Shown here one piece after another: positions 46,133 to 59,625 of a stretch of DNA of 64,000 nucleotides. The DNA is taken from NCBI RefSeq assembly GCF_009914755.1, contig NC_060942.1; one strand, 5' to 3'. The position numbers were made by a program, and so were the translations under genes. Position 1 is the first letter of the stretch. Each line of letters starts with the position of its first letter. The notes beneath the pieces are model-generated. The model was not told the origin of the DNA, made no database searches, and was given only the letters and a program-made list of their open reading frames with translations. The DNA is from the human T2T-CHM13v2.0 reference genome, Homo sapiens.

Positions 46133-46328
46133 AGTTCACCAATTTAAATGCTAATCTCATCCCCAAAAAACACATTTACAGAAGACATCCGTAATAGTAT
46201 TTAACCAAGTATATGGGCACCATGGTCCAGTTAAGTTGACACATACAATTAACCATCCTAGAAGGATACACACTAAACTATGGACAGTAAGTGGGTATCG
46301 TCGGGGCAGGGACAGAAAGTGAAAGGAT

Positions 46329-46505
46329 AGCTAGGCGTGGTGGTGCACCTGTGGTCTCAGCTACTTGGGAGGCTGAGGTGGGAGGATCACTTGAGCCTGG
46401 GTGGTTGAGGTCTCAGTGAGCCGTGATCGCACCACTGCACTCCAGCCTGGGTGACAGAGCAAGACCTCGTCTCAAAAAAATAAAATAAATAAATAAACAA
46501 AAATG
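46329..46505 (+). mobile_element. Alu right monomer (FRAM-like)
   Basis: TSD AAAGTGAAAGGA. Confidence 0.88.
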
Positions 46506-47141
46506 AAAGTAAAAGTGAAAGGAAATTAGGTGTACTTTTCACTTCTTGCTCTCTCTCTCTCAGAATACATTATTCACCCTGAGACCTGAGGAGTGGGGAA
46601 GTGTACTACTCCTGCTGCATGATAGACAACCCCACCCTGACCCTTCCCCAGCTTCTCTCTGACACTTTTCTAGCCAGGCTTCTCTGCACAAGGCCAGGAG
46701 CTTTCAGTGTCAACAGTACATGCTTACCCTGAGTCCTTGGCCACAATATTAGACTGTGTTTCAGGCACCCGGGACTCCAGAATGCCCTGTCCAGGGTCCC
46801 AGAGCCTGTGCATGGTGCCTTCCCAAGTCAACCTCTCAAGGGCAGCTGCATCCCCACCAGTGTGCACACCCCCAGCCCTAAGAAGTGACAAGGGGCAGAC
46901 GTTTGTGGGGCTGAAGTCCGGGGGAGTTGAGGATAGAATTGAATGTGCAGACTGGGTTGCCACACGTGTGTGCCCAAGGCCCTTGCAGTGGGAAGGGAAG
47001 ATGAGGTGAGGGCATGGGCCAGGGCCAGCTCTCTCTACCATGCCATATTTTGATGAAGAACTCTGGAGAGTCTAAGAATTCCTCATTTAAATCCCATCTT
47101 CCAATTCTCTAGGACTGTATATTTGTCAAGGTAAAAGGATA

Positions 47142-47815
47142 TGTTGAGAAAATATAATTTTAAACAAAATCTTCTTCCAAGCCAGAAACCCTCTCCACAA
47201 AGGTAGCAGAGAAAATAGTTTTATTACGAATAAACTATTAAACCAAAATGTGATGCACATCACAGGCAGTCCACTAAGGAATTACAAAGACAGAAAGAAA
47301 TTCCAGCCTTTAATATAGCCAAGAAGATACAACCCATTATATACCTTTTCCCAAGATAAACAAAAATTAGTTCTCAAATAACACATAGTTCGTCCTAAAT
47401 TCACCTGGTAATTGGCGTAACCATCTGTATTAGTTAAATGATTTTATACAAAGGAAAATAAGCTTCTCCTATCTTTATGACAGAAGGTAATTTTGCAAGT
47501 TGTGGCGGGGAGGCAATCACCAAAGTTAGGCTCCTACCGTCCCTCAGAAACTGAGAGATGGGGTGCTATCTCCCTCAATGATTATATTCTAAAGCAATGG
47601 CTGCCAGGTCCTTGAGAAAGACATTCCTGGGTCACAAAGACAGCAGAAAACTTATTTAGCTCTAAAAACATTTACGTACATGTCAAAGAGGGAAATAACT
47701 TACAAGTACACATTTTCTAAAGTAAATACTCTAAGAAAAGTGAACGAAGGTAATTTCTTCCCTTATTTTTAACAAGAATTAAGCCTCTTATTTTTAATAT
47801 TTACTTGCCCTTACA
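47142..47815 (-). mobile_element. ERV1 solo LTR (MER67-like), apparently inserted in an older MER115/Zaphod-like element
   Basis: TG...CA termini, 4-bp TSD GATA; reverse start TGTAAGGGCAAGTAAATATTAAAAATAAGAGGCTTAATTC. Confidence 0.75.
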
Positions 47816-49349
47816 GATAGGACATATTTTACTTGATAGTTTGTTACCTTATCTTGTAACATGCAGATATGTAGACACGCTATATGTGGATCTCTGTTTG
47901 TTTTCTTGACAGGACCTGCAAATGTTAGAAGCTGGCTTTTTCTTTTCTAAAAACAGTGATATATTTGACAAATTTCAAAATGATTTTTAAAATTTTATTT
48001 TAAAGGAACAGATATACATTAGCTATTTTTAAAAAACAGTCATTTGTTTTCATTGTTAATTCAGTTGGCTTTCTCCTATCACCCTATGGGTTCATATTTT
48101 AAATGTGCTTTGCATATGCACAAAGAAGATATGAATCATGTTAGTTGTAGAAACTGCTGGCCATCTTTATCTGCTTTAATGGGTCTGCCCAAGCAAATAC
48201 TAGTTAATTTTCCTCTTAACGTGACATTGCAGGTGTCACTCTTTGATACTGAAAATTTTATTTTAAAATGTGTCCTTCAGGTAAAGAAGCTAGTTTGAGG
48301 ATGCAGTAACCCAAAGCTAAATACTGAACATGTGGTAACAAGATTGCAAAAATGGAAACCAGGAAATCTAAATTCTAATACCAGTCTTGCCACTAATCAT
48401 TAGTGTGTGACCTTCAATTATGGATTCTTTTGGAGTCTCAGTGTCTTCATCTGTAAAATCAAACAAGTGGACTAGAGGTTCCTTCAGACACAAAATTTTC
48501 TTGGCATCTTTTCAGATATCTTTTCTCCTTCTTACTCTTTCCCTGTTCTCACTTGTTTTTGTTTTTTGGTTCATTTTCACCGTCTCTATGTGGCCTATAT
48601 CTGTGAGGATATAGGGTGAGTGAACAGACCTTTAGCTCCAAACAATCGGTAATTAAACTCAAACCTCTACCCGAAGAGTTCAAGACATTCTATTTCTGTG
48701 CAGAAAATAAAACAGAAAACCAGCAGTTAAGTCAAGGTCTCCTTTGTATTTCTTCGTCTTTATCAGTCCTGACAAGGTCTTGTTAGCAAACCCTCATCCT
48801 TATTTTCCACCTCCAACTCTACACCTTCAGTTAAATCCCTCCTTTCCTTTGCAGTTTCCATAGTTAACATTCTCCAGGATTTGTTTTTTTCAATGTATCC
48901 TCCTTAGATGACTCTTCTAGAAGTTTTGTTTTTTTGTTTTTTTGTTTTTTTTCAGATGGAAATGTAGTCCACAATTCTTCCCAAGGCAGTGGCTGATTCA
49001 GGCTTCAACATAAAAAATCCACTATCACTATAATCTGTTAATATAATGTATTAATTCACAGACTTGCTGTTTTACCTCTTTTCACATAACTCTTATTGCT
49101 ATGTCCATCTGAACTTGGTTGCTTGTTGGCTTTCTTACAATCCATGGAAGGATGTAGGACTTAGCTATTTAATTCACAATATGCAGCTTGTCATGCACGT
49201 ATGGGTGCTTCATTCATAATGATTCTTTAATTCATTGTCTCAAGTGTTTCCATATCCTTATTCTTGCTCTGATCACTGAAATATGGGTTGGGTTTCTTTT
49301 TTTTTTTTTTTTTCTTTTTCATTCTTTTCTTAACCTGTTTTTATCTAAG

Positions 49350-49486
49350 GAGTATGATTCTGCAGGGTGTACAGGAAGCATGGTGCTGGCATCTCTTCTG
49401 GTGAGGCTTCAGGAAGCTTCCAATAGTGGTAGAGGGCGAAGGGGGAGCAGTCGCATCAAATGGCGAGAGCAGGAGCAAGGGAGGGC
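49350..49486 (-). mobile_element. MST LTR fragment
   Basis: GTACAGGAAGCATGGTGCTGGCATCT...GGTGAGGCTTCAGGAAGCTTCCAAT. Confidence 0.75.
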
Positions 49487-50153
49487 AGTTAGCTATTTAT
49501 TTTATAAGGGAGGAAGCTGAGGCTAGCAATCACTGAGCAACTTGCTCAGGGTCACACAGGAAGTTAGCGAGAGAATTGCAGCAAGAACCTAGTCCTCCTG
49601 ATAAAGCTTGGCTCTCTTTCCATTGGTTTATGCTGCTTCCCATTCACTCGGGTTGTTTACTCTAATTTCAGGCAAGTTTGACTTATCTCAACAAGTCTTG
49701 CTATGGCCTAGGAGTTAAACAGCAACAAGGATCTCAAAGAAAACTGAATGTAGAATTTAGATACTTCAAACTTGGAAAAAAAAAACTCACGTTTTTAGTA
49801 CATAATCATTGTGTAAGAAGCGAGTCTTCAATCAATATGTCAGAAGATGTCATTTTGCACTTCCAGAGTTAAAGATTTTTTACTGCCATGACCCCTCCCT
49901 CCTCCCCATGACAGCTTCCGGATTCCTATAAAGCCCTAGCACCTCACATTCCCCCAGCCACTTCTAACTCTGCCTTCCTCTTCTTCTAGCTCTCCACTTC
50001 CCTCACTCTGCACCTCCTGGGTTTTCCTCTGCTCCACACCAAGCCAAACATGAAACTCATCTTCACACTCAAAGCTGGCTTTGTGCATAGCAGACTTTAC
50101 TAAGGCTGCCTTTTCCCCTGGGATCAGCTCCCCTTCCTATTTCTCTTTGCCCT

Positions 50154-50154
<1 letters not shown>

Positions 50155-50219
<65 letters not shown>

Positions 50220-50230
50220 ACACATACATA
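50155..50230. repeat. Compound (CT)n(CA)n microsatellite
   Basis: Seen directly. Confidence 0.97.
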
Positions 50231-50956
50231 CCTCCTCCTACCTTCCTGAGTTTCTGTTCTCTAGCCCCCTCCTCTCACACTCAATTCTTTTATTTTATTA
50301 TGCAAAGCAATTTAGGTTCCACCCACAACTCAGCTGCTACCTTTGTATATCCCAGGCTTTGCAAGGCCTGCTCCGGGGCCCACACTTGAACAGCATGAAA
50401 GAAAGGGTAAAAACTTTATAATTTTCATTTTTTTCTTTCTCCCAGCAGTGAAAAGGCATAGTATAGAGATTCATTTTCACACTGTATCAATTCAGATGAT
50501 TTCACCTGTAACTAATAGGAAACCAAAATCAAACGGATTTAAACAAAAAGAGGTTATGGAAGGAGTTTATTATAGAGTTTGGGAGGTTTTGGAATTGACT
50601 TCAGGACACAAGCTGTCTCTTTTTCGCTCTGTCATCCTCAGCTTACTGGCTGTCCTGAGAGCTGTCCCTTTATGGTCAGAACATAGCTTTCATCGTTCCA
50701 GAAATCAGTGTAGACACAACAATGTCAGGCAGAAAAACACAGACTTGTCCTCCCTTGAGTCGCTTTTTATCTGTAAGGGAAGGCCATTCAGTATCTCACT
50801 GACTGTGACTGGGCCCCGTGTATCCCCCTAAAATAGTTTGGCAAAAGAATGGAATTATTAAGAATGGTTTACACCTATCATGACTCACTTCCAGGACTGA
50901 GAAGATGTTTTTTCCTGAGCACATTGGTTACGGTTGTCTATTATTATACAACAAAG

Positions 50957-51577
50957 TGTTAACCGGTAGAGGGTCTTGACCGCAAGTTGTCCAGGTTCTT
51001 GGCGTTTTAAACAAAGAATTGGACAAAACGCCCAGCAAAGCAAAGACAGAATGAAGCAACAAAAGAACGAAAGCAGGGATTTACTGAAAACAAAAGTACA
51101 CTCCACAGTGTGGGAGCTGGCCCAGCAGCGGCTCAAGGACCCCTAAACAGAATCTTCTCAGGTCCAAATATCCCCTAGAGGTTTCCCATTAGCCACTTCA
51201 TGCTCACCTCATGGAAATGAAGTGGTGGCCTACAATTGGTCTGATGGGTTGCCAAAAGCAACCAATCAGAGGCTGAAGTGGAGTTACAAAGGTCACACTC
51301 CTGTGCAAACATCTGATTGGTTGCAAAAAAGTAACCAATCAGAGACTAAGGTGAAGTTACAAAGTTGCGAAAAAAGACTCTACCAGCAATCAGTCTGATT
51401 GGTTGTGGATAGCCAATTTCCCATCTGGGAAAGGTGAGGGGTTTGCAAAGGGAGTAGCCTCCGGTCCTTTTGTTACTTAGTCGCGGAAAGTTAGGGTTTT
51501 CCCTTCAGTTTAGTTCCGGGAAGTCGGCATGAAACAGCCTTAGGTTCCCTACCTCCAGATCCTATTCTCCTGCCTCA
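50957..51577 (-). mobile_element. MER51-type ERV1 solo LTR nested in MLT1 LTR sequence (~50480-52120)
   Basis: Reverse start TGAGGCAGGAGAATAGGATCTGGAGGTAGGGAACCTAAGG; multiple CCAAT boxes; host MLT1 resumes CCACCCAAACACTTAGTGCCTTAAAGCAA. Confidence 0.85.
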
Positions 51578-52318
51578 AAACCACCCAAACACTTAGTGCC
51601 TTAAAGCAATTTACTTTGATATCTCATAGTTTTGTGAGTTACCTGAGCTCAGCTGGGCATTGCTTGGCTTCCTTCTGTGGCTGCCATCAAATGACTGGGG
51701 CTGGAGTCTTCTGTAGGCTCGGCTGGGCTGGCTGTTCCCCAAGATGGCCTCCTTGCTCACACATCTAGTCCTTCAGTGCTTGTGCACGTGGCCTCTCTCT
51801 TAAGTGGAGTGGTCTAACCTTCTTAGCAGGTAGCTCACGGCTCCCAAAGACAGGAAGCAGAAACTCCATTCCTCTTGAATGCCAAGCCTGGAGCTGGCTA
51901 TACTCTCTCATGCCATATACTTCTGCAGTATTCTATTGGTCAAACCCAGTCCAGCCCAGATTGTAGAGACTCCACTCCTCAATGGGGGAGTACAGGGAGG
52001 GAAGGAATCCATGGCAGCCATCTTTGGAGTCAGGTTACTGTAGGATTGCTGACCGACATTCAAATAAAATCAGCATCCTGTTGGACAAGGAAAGAGCAGA
52101 GAAATAGCTGTTGAGCAAACAACCACGTTAGCTTTTGTTTTGCAAATTGGGTCTGAAGAGATGACGCAGGTTTGTAATCCGGCCTAATCATGGGGCCTTC
52201 CTGTGAATCTCAACCAGAATAGCCTTCCTTGAGAGACCCCTGCAGAATCCTCTGACTTGCTCAATTGCTCACTTGGTTTTTAGCTACCATATTTTTTTTA
52301 AATCATAAAGTATTTTAG

Positions 52319-52622
<304 letters not shown>

Positions 52623-52898
52623 TATATATAGAGAGAGAGAGAGAAATTCAAAGGCCATTTTATGCAGCAAACCATTTTACAGATTCAGAGATAGGGATTG
52701 AGGGAAATGGTATGCTCTGTCCAAGGTAACAATAAATGGCAGAGACAGGACAGTCTAAGCCTCCGGCATTAAGCCTCCAGCGTTTCTCAGTCTCCCATTG
52801 TACCTCCACAATATAGAGTTCAAATTCACAGCTAGGTAATAGAGCACTGGATTAGGACTAAAAGACTGTGTTCTATGTCTAGCTTTATGTGATATATA

Positions 52899-53250
52899 CT
52901 GTTAGCATTCCCTCAATATTCGGGCTCCCCTTCTCCACAGTAAAAAGACCTCCCAATTTTATTGAGAGCATGTGCTTAACTAAATACTGCCTTTCCCAAA
53001 CTTCCTTGCAGGAAGGTACAATCGTGTAACAAAGTTCTGGCCAATAAGACTTAAGCACAAGTGTGTGAATTCCAGGAAATCTCTTTACCAGCCAGCGTCC
53101 ACCCTTGGCCTGTTTCTTCCCCCTCTTGCCTTTCCTCCATCCTAACTAACACCTGACTCCACTGTGAGAGACAGAGCTGGAGAAGCCATTGTGACCACAC
53201 ACACAATGAAAGAAACAAGGCCTGAACACTCTGCACAATTGCCCACAAAT
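52899..53250 (+). mobile_element. Old MLT1 LTR fragment
   Basis: TTTCCCAAACTTCCTTGCAG...AAGTTCTGGCCAATAAGA...AGCTGGAGAAGCCATTGTGACCA. Confidence 0.65.
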
Positions 53251-56200
53251 GATTTTATTTTTCCCCCCAAAGTTTCTCCCTCTCAGCTTCCACAATCCCC
53301 AGGTACAGCATTACTGCCCTGCCCAACACAAAACTACCCCTAACTTTTGCATCCTCAGCTCCCTTATTTCTGTCCTCAGTCATCAAATCCTTCACCATGT
53401 CTTTCTGCTTCTCTCATCATTGCATCCTTAGGCTCTTCCCTCCAGGACTGACTTGCCTGAGCAGCTATCTGATTAGTACTGATAGTGACAGCAGCAACTA
53501 AAGCTACTTGCCAACCTCCTAAAATGACACTTTGCTCACTGCCTTGGCTGTATTCTTTGCTTTTGTCAGTCCTTGTTCATGGTATCCTCTGGGGCAATGC
53601 ATCTTACAAGGCAAGAAAGAAATGGCAAGGGTAGGACCTTCCACCAATGAATGCACAGTCCTACCAAAGAGACAGTATGTCATTCATTCATTCATTCCCT
53701 CAGCAAACTTTAGTTACGTGCTTGTATGCCAGGACCTGCGCTGATGCCAAAGATAGAAAGACATGGCCTCTGCACTCAAGGACCACCTCTTCCAGAGGAG
53801 AAGACAGACATGTATAAATAGAAACCAGAAACAAACAATTAGATGAAAATTTATTTTTAAGGAGAAAGTCCTAAAGCCAAGTTTCTGTTTGCCATTCATG
53901 GAAGAATAATGCAAACACTACCCGAGTCTCTGAGGCCCAGCCTCCACATTCTGGAGAGCATCCCATAGAGCCCATGCAATAACCTACAGCATGCTAACTT
54001 CTGTTGTAATCTCTTAGTGGTTTCAAAATGCCCATCTATCGTTTTAGCTAAATGGGATTTGGGTGATTACATTCCTTCCAGCTCTAAATTTCTGTGTTCT
54101 GTGAAATACATAACTAATGACAATTATGGTTACCCAGACATATATACATGAGTGCTTAGAGGTGCTTAGAGTGATAGGAATGTCTGGAGATGAGCAAGTT
54201 AATCTAGGAGGGTTTAACAGAGGAACTACCCACATAGGCATTCCAGTAGGAATGAGAGTGCCTTCCTGTCAATGATAGTTCCAAGTGAGTAACAGCCAGA
54301 AGCAGAACCCCGATTTGTGCTTAATACAAGAATTTCCACGTGTATGTTTCATTAGAAAATAAGATAGCACTATTTAATAAAATGTTATAATTTCATTGAA
54401 TATTTACTTTCTATGCCCCCAACTGTTTCCAAAAATGAATTTGAGGCCTCTATGCAATAGGAGGATTTTGGAAAGGATAAGAGAACAAGAGTCTTTTGCA
54501 GAAAAATAAATTAGAATGACAGAATTGATCAGAACATTTACCTCTGAGCTTTCTGGTGGCTAAGACAAAATGCAAAACATCTTGGGTTACAGAGTTTTCA
54601 TTAACTGGTAAAAAGAAGCCTATCAGTTTATCAGGATCTCTTTTTACATTTTGAGGAGAATTTATTGTATAGATCTTTATGAACAGGACAATGAACAATT
54701 TTAGCAGAATATTCTTAAGAGCAGATTTACAAATATGATATACCTTACAGCAATGCTCAATAAAACACCAACACATACAATCAAAATATACTCCATTTAG
54801 AACTACTTAATAGAATGTTGCTATGAACTATAGAAACCTACTTTTAGAAGGAATGTAGGTCCTGACCTGGGGCTGTTTTGGAAAATTGAATGTCCTAAGC
54901 TTAACTGCCAACCCAGCCAAGCTGTCGTTTTGCACAGATACACTTCTGTGTCACCTAGGACTCTGCAACAAGACTGAGGGTTTCTCGGGGAATTCCCAGC
55001 CAACACTTGCTGACCACCTGACCAAAGCAAGAAAAACTCAGTCTCACACAGAATTCTCCAACAACAACCTGCATTCTCAGCTGCCTCAACCTGAACTCTG
55101 AGCACCCTGTCTAACCTCTGCTAAAAGCCATCGACAACGCTGAATACCCTTCCCAAATGGATCAGGTGCTGCAATGCCAGATGGCAGACCAGGGCTGCTG
55201 ATGTGTCTTTGTTCTCTCTCCAAAAGTTTGGGTGTGTGGATTTCTCTAGTCCCCTCCATGTCTGCTGGTTTGTCCCTTGGATAGCTCAGGTTCAGTGCAA
55301 CCAACTCTTATCAACAAATGTCTGTCTGGGGGCTACCTGGCTTCTCACCCCTAATGAGTAGCAGTGATCAGCAACCAAAGCCATTCAAAGAGGAGGGACT
55401 TCAGAGACCAAAAGTGGACCTTCCAGAGCAAGACAGGACTCTACAATCCTTTCCAAACTTGGTTTCCCAAGAGTTTATGGAGAATCTATAACCCACTCTA
55501 AAATTACTCTAAAATCTCCAGATTTCTCTAGATCCACAAAGCAGATTCAGAGATCCCCAGAGGGCTTTAAACTTCTTTTTCCCAAGTCCCTCTTAGCCTC
55601 AAAAATCCAAAGTGTAGCCAGCAGAGGAGTGCAGGCTGGAAGGTGGACACACATCTCTATTCCTTTGCACATGCCTCTTCCACTTGCATGGACCTGCCTC
55701 TCTCTTGTTCATCTGTCAAACTTCTATTCATCCTTCAAAACCCAGGTCAGGCAGGTCTGGAAAAATTTTCTTGACAGCACTCTCTCTCCATGAGAATAAA
55801 TCACCTGCAGTTCTGAACTATTTCTTTACTTCATACAGACTTTATTATTCCCAGTATCATTTCACGTATTTGTTTCTTGTGCTCGGCTTGAAACTCCATG
55901 AGGCAGAGATTTTTACTGCTGTTTGTAATCTTCAACCCTAGCAGAGGGCTTACCGTTTTCTAATGGCTTAATTAGGGTTTGTTGAACTATCTGAACAAGA
56001 GCTTTAAATGTGATTAAAAATTCCAAATATTACACTTGGGATTTGCCAGGCTCCCAGATGGCCTTGGAAGGTCTACATACTTCAAATGCTGTCTGCCATA
56101 TTTCAAATTAGATTAAGAGTTGTTAGAGTTCATCTTTTAGAGTTCAAGACTTATTACTGGTGATAAGTTGAAATAGGGGGGAATTGTGTGCTCAGTGGTG

Positions 56201-57179
56201 TTATGAAACACATAGAAGGAAAATATTTTGAAATGTTTATTTCTGTTGTTCCTTGCTTCTCCCCATTCCCACCCCAAACCCACTGAATTCCTCCATTTAC
56301 ACACCGAGAGCCTCTTTTCTCCTCGGCTCATGGAAGTCTGTCACTAGGAACCGGAACAAAAAGCTTTAGGCACTTGTCTATTTGGAGTAGAGGGGAATTT
56401 ACTCACCTAAACCCAAGGAGAAAGACTGAAATGCATACTTGCAAAGTGGAATTTTCTGTCCTTAGAAATAAAAAAATGTTGCCTTCCCAGCTGGGAAAGG
56501 GAGGAAAAAAACAAAAGAGGAAGAGACTGCTGGGAGTGTTTAAGAAGAAACCAGCAGAGCCAGCAGCCTGAGCCCACCCTCTGGCTCCTGTGTGCAAGGT
56601 CCCCAAGCTGACAGCAGCCAACCTATCACCTAGGCACTCCCTGAGTGGGAGTGACTCTCATATGGGCATCAGGATTATTCCACCCCCACTCTCCCTACCC
56701 ATCCTCCTACACAGCCCTCATCCCGCAATGGCCCAGGACACTAGTAAGCTCCTCTCAGAATGCAGAGTGAATGACATCTCCTCCAGGGGCATGGTAGGAA
56801 GGGAAAGCTCTCTAACAAACAGAAAGCATATGGAATCATTTTGAAATCAGCCACCCATTAGCACAGCAGTGGGACATAGCATCCCCATCACAACGGCCTT
56901 GTAATTGGGCAATGTACTGAAATGTGGAAGCTTCCAGGTTAAACATCAGGCAACTCAGGTGCTGAGGTTCCACTGGTCCCCACAGGACTCTGGCGCAGTG
57001 ATCTATGGTGAGGAGGGAGTGTTTTCTCTGCCTTTAGACAACACAGTTACCCTGTTTTTCTGTTTGGGAGGGGGTCTTCCATATCACACTATCCAGCTCC
57101 AGGGAATACCCACAAGTGCTAGCATTTTTAATACCGGGGGCTCCCTTAAAAAATGTGCTTAAAGTTAAAATCTAACCTC

Positions 57180-57440
57180 AAATATACATTTTCTTACTTG
57201 GTGACTGAGGCGTGAAATGGAATCATGTGGGATAAGGAAGTGGCAGAGTAGAACAAAGAAACAATACCAACAACACAGAAATTAGTGTTTCCTGAGCTCT
57301 GGGAAGCACATGTTTGAGAAAGTTAATTCCCTAGGAAGTGCTTGCTTCTATGCCGTAGTTTTTTCTGTTCTACTCTACCACTTCCTTATCCCATGTGATT
57401 CTGTTTCATGGCTCAGTCACTGAAAAGAAAATGTATATTT
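57180..57440. repeat. Long inverted repeat (~76-bp arms, ~85% identical, ~110-bp spacer)
   Basis: 57180-57255 is the reverse complement of 57366-57440, with about 11 differences by hand count. Confidence 0.92.
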
Positions 57441-59079
57441 TAATTTTGAAGTGCGAATTCTGAAACATGTTTGAAGTATGCGTTGGTGCAACAAAGCTGA
57501 ATCCCTAAGCCTGACAGATCAGCGACAGAGGTGAGGCATTTGAAAGGAAAGTTGAGAGCTCAAAAAGTTGATTCAGCAAGAAAATGTTGGATGACATTAG
57601 GTGATGAGAAGTAAATAAGTGGCAAACTAAACTACTGTTGTTCAAAATGAGGTAAAAACTAAGGCCACCAAAAAAATAATTCAGGCACCTCTAGAAGGCA
57701 AGTGGTAGCAATTCACAGGAGAAAAAAGGGTTTATTTTTGCACTGATTTTTCTGAAAGAGAAGCACTGCAAAGGTTGAGCTCAATTAAAAGAATTCTAAT
57801 ATCACTTCACTTGCAAAGAAGAATAAATCCAAAAGAAAGGTGTATACAATAGGTTATTCTTGTTTTTTTAATCAGAAGTACAGTATTTTAAGTGACCGGT
57901 CACATTTTTTAATGGCGAAGAAGGTTATAATTGTTTTACCAAGACAGTTACTCAATAATTCTTGCGCTATTTACCATTACAGAGAAAATCTTTGGAGACA
58001 GGGAATTGATGGTTGTGGAGACATAAGCCTTGCAGAAGTTCCAGCACAAAAATGCTCCTTTGTCCAGCTGACAGTTCCACCAAAGTCAATGACTATCTGG
58101 GGCTTGAATGTCACTCGCTATTTATATTTTTAAAATTTATTTATTATCTTTTTTTTCTGTTCTAGGAAAAGAAAATCAAATGATTGTATCCTGGGAGGCA
58201 AATTTTTATCTTAGGAGGAAACAGCTTTATGCTTATATGTTATCCTAACAATAACAACATTTGCATTACCCAAGCAGCCCCCTCCTTAGCTCTACAATAA
58301 AAATCTCTTCCCATGATTCCTGAGATCATCATCAGCCTTCAGTTTATTTACTGCAGGAGAGGAGAAAGAATGTTGATCTCTCAAGCCCTTACTGCACTTC
58401 TGAGAGATCTCAAGATTCCCAAACTTGATCTGATGATGAATATATATATATATATATATATATGTATATCTTACAATGTTGTATATGGAAAGTCATGTTT
58501 ACATAAAAGGCCTGAATATTACAGACTCAGAAAAACAAAGGCATGAGTGAAGAAGAGAAGTCTTGAAATAAAGAGACAAAGAATACCTGATAGCAATAGA
58601 CCAGCTGTCCCTCAAAAAAAGACTTCAGTCAATAGCACATCTTTGAGGATTTTTTCAGAAACTAGTTCAATTAGCTATTAAACCTCTCCTGAACTTTTCA
58701 GTAGTAATTTTTCACTTCTTCCTATTACTCAAGACAAAGTGAGACAAATAGCCTAAACAGGAAAAAAAAATTCTATTAGCAACACTTACTAATAAAATCA
58801 AGAACATAGAACTTTTCTCTTAAAAATGAACTATATATTTTTCAGATCCTGACTTCAGCCATTTATTATTTTTATTTAAGAACAAAGTGTACAGAGTCTG
58901 AAGAATGCAGACATGTGTACAAATGGCTCAGGAACCACATATATAAATTCAGAGATTAAATCCCTTTAGTGTTTCATGTATTTGTGCTCACGTAAGTCAA
59001 TAAATTTTGAAGTTATAGGTTTCTAGAGCAAAAAGAATTTTCTGACTCTCTCATAGTGAATATTTTATGTTTTGAAAAA

Positions 59080-59625
59080 TATATAAGCAAACCCAAATTG
59101 AGAGAAATTCTACAAAATAACTGATTTATGCTCTTCAAAAATGTCAAGGTCATGACAAAGACAGACTGGGGACTGTTCCAGATTGAAGGAGACTAAAGCA
59201 ACTTGACAGTTGAATTCAATGCATTGTCTGCGATTTTTCTCTTGATGTAAAAGGACATTATTGAGAAAATTAGCAAAATTGAATAAGGTAGATCAGACAA
59301 TAGTATTATATCTGTGCTAATGTTCTGATTTTGGTTATAGCACTGTGGTTATGTAAGAGAATGTCTTCGCATTAGCAAAGGTATAGATGTATTTAAAGGT
59401 ATAGCAGCATCATGTCTGCAACTTACTCTTCAGAAAGCAGTTTAGAAAAAAAAGATTAAATGGACACACACACACACACAGAGACTGGGGGGAGCAGTAA
59501 AGCAAATGTGGTATAATATAAAAATCTAGAGAATCAAAGTGAAGGATATATGGAAATTCTTTGTACTATGCTTGCAAGGTTCCTGTAACTCTGAAATTAT
59601 GTCAAAATAAAGAACTGAAAAAATT
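59080..59625 (+). mobile_element. L1MC-type 3'UTR fragment
   Basis: ACCCAAATTGAGAGAAATTCTACAAAATAACTG...TCTTCAAAAATGTCAAGGTCATG...TTCTTTGTACTATGCTTGCAA. Confidence 0.75.

Larger units (their letters stand above)
45077..46260 (-). mobile_element. MLT2 (ERVL) LTR split by the VPS53 retro-insertion (pieces ~45077-45354 and ~46133-46260)
   Basis: TTAGTCAAGGTTCTCTAAAGAAACAG...GATTGGATGCAGCCCACTCACTTTATGAAGGGC resumes as TCACCAATTTAAATGCTAATCTCATCC...GTTGACACATACAATTAACCATC. Confidence 0.85.

Noticed and set aside
49161-49500. 11-bp direct repeat TTAGCTATTTA flanking a T-run and an MST fragment (possible retro-insertion)
   Set aside because: The T-run is internal rather than next to a repeat copy; an AT-rich 11-mer match is weak evidence for a TSD.
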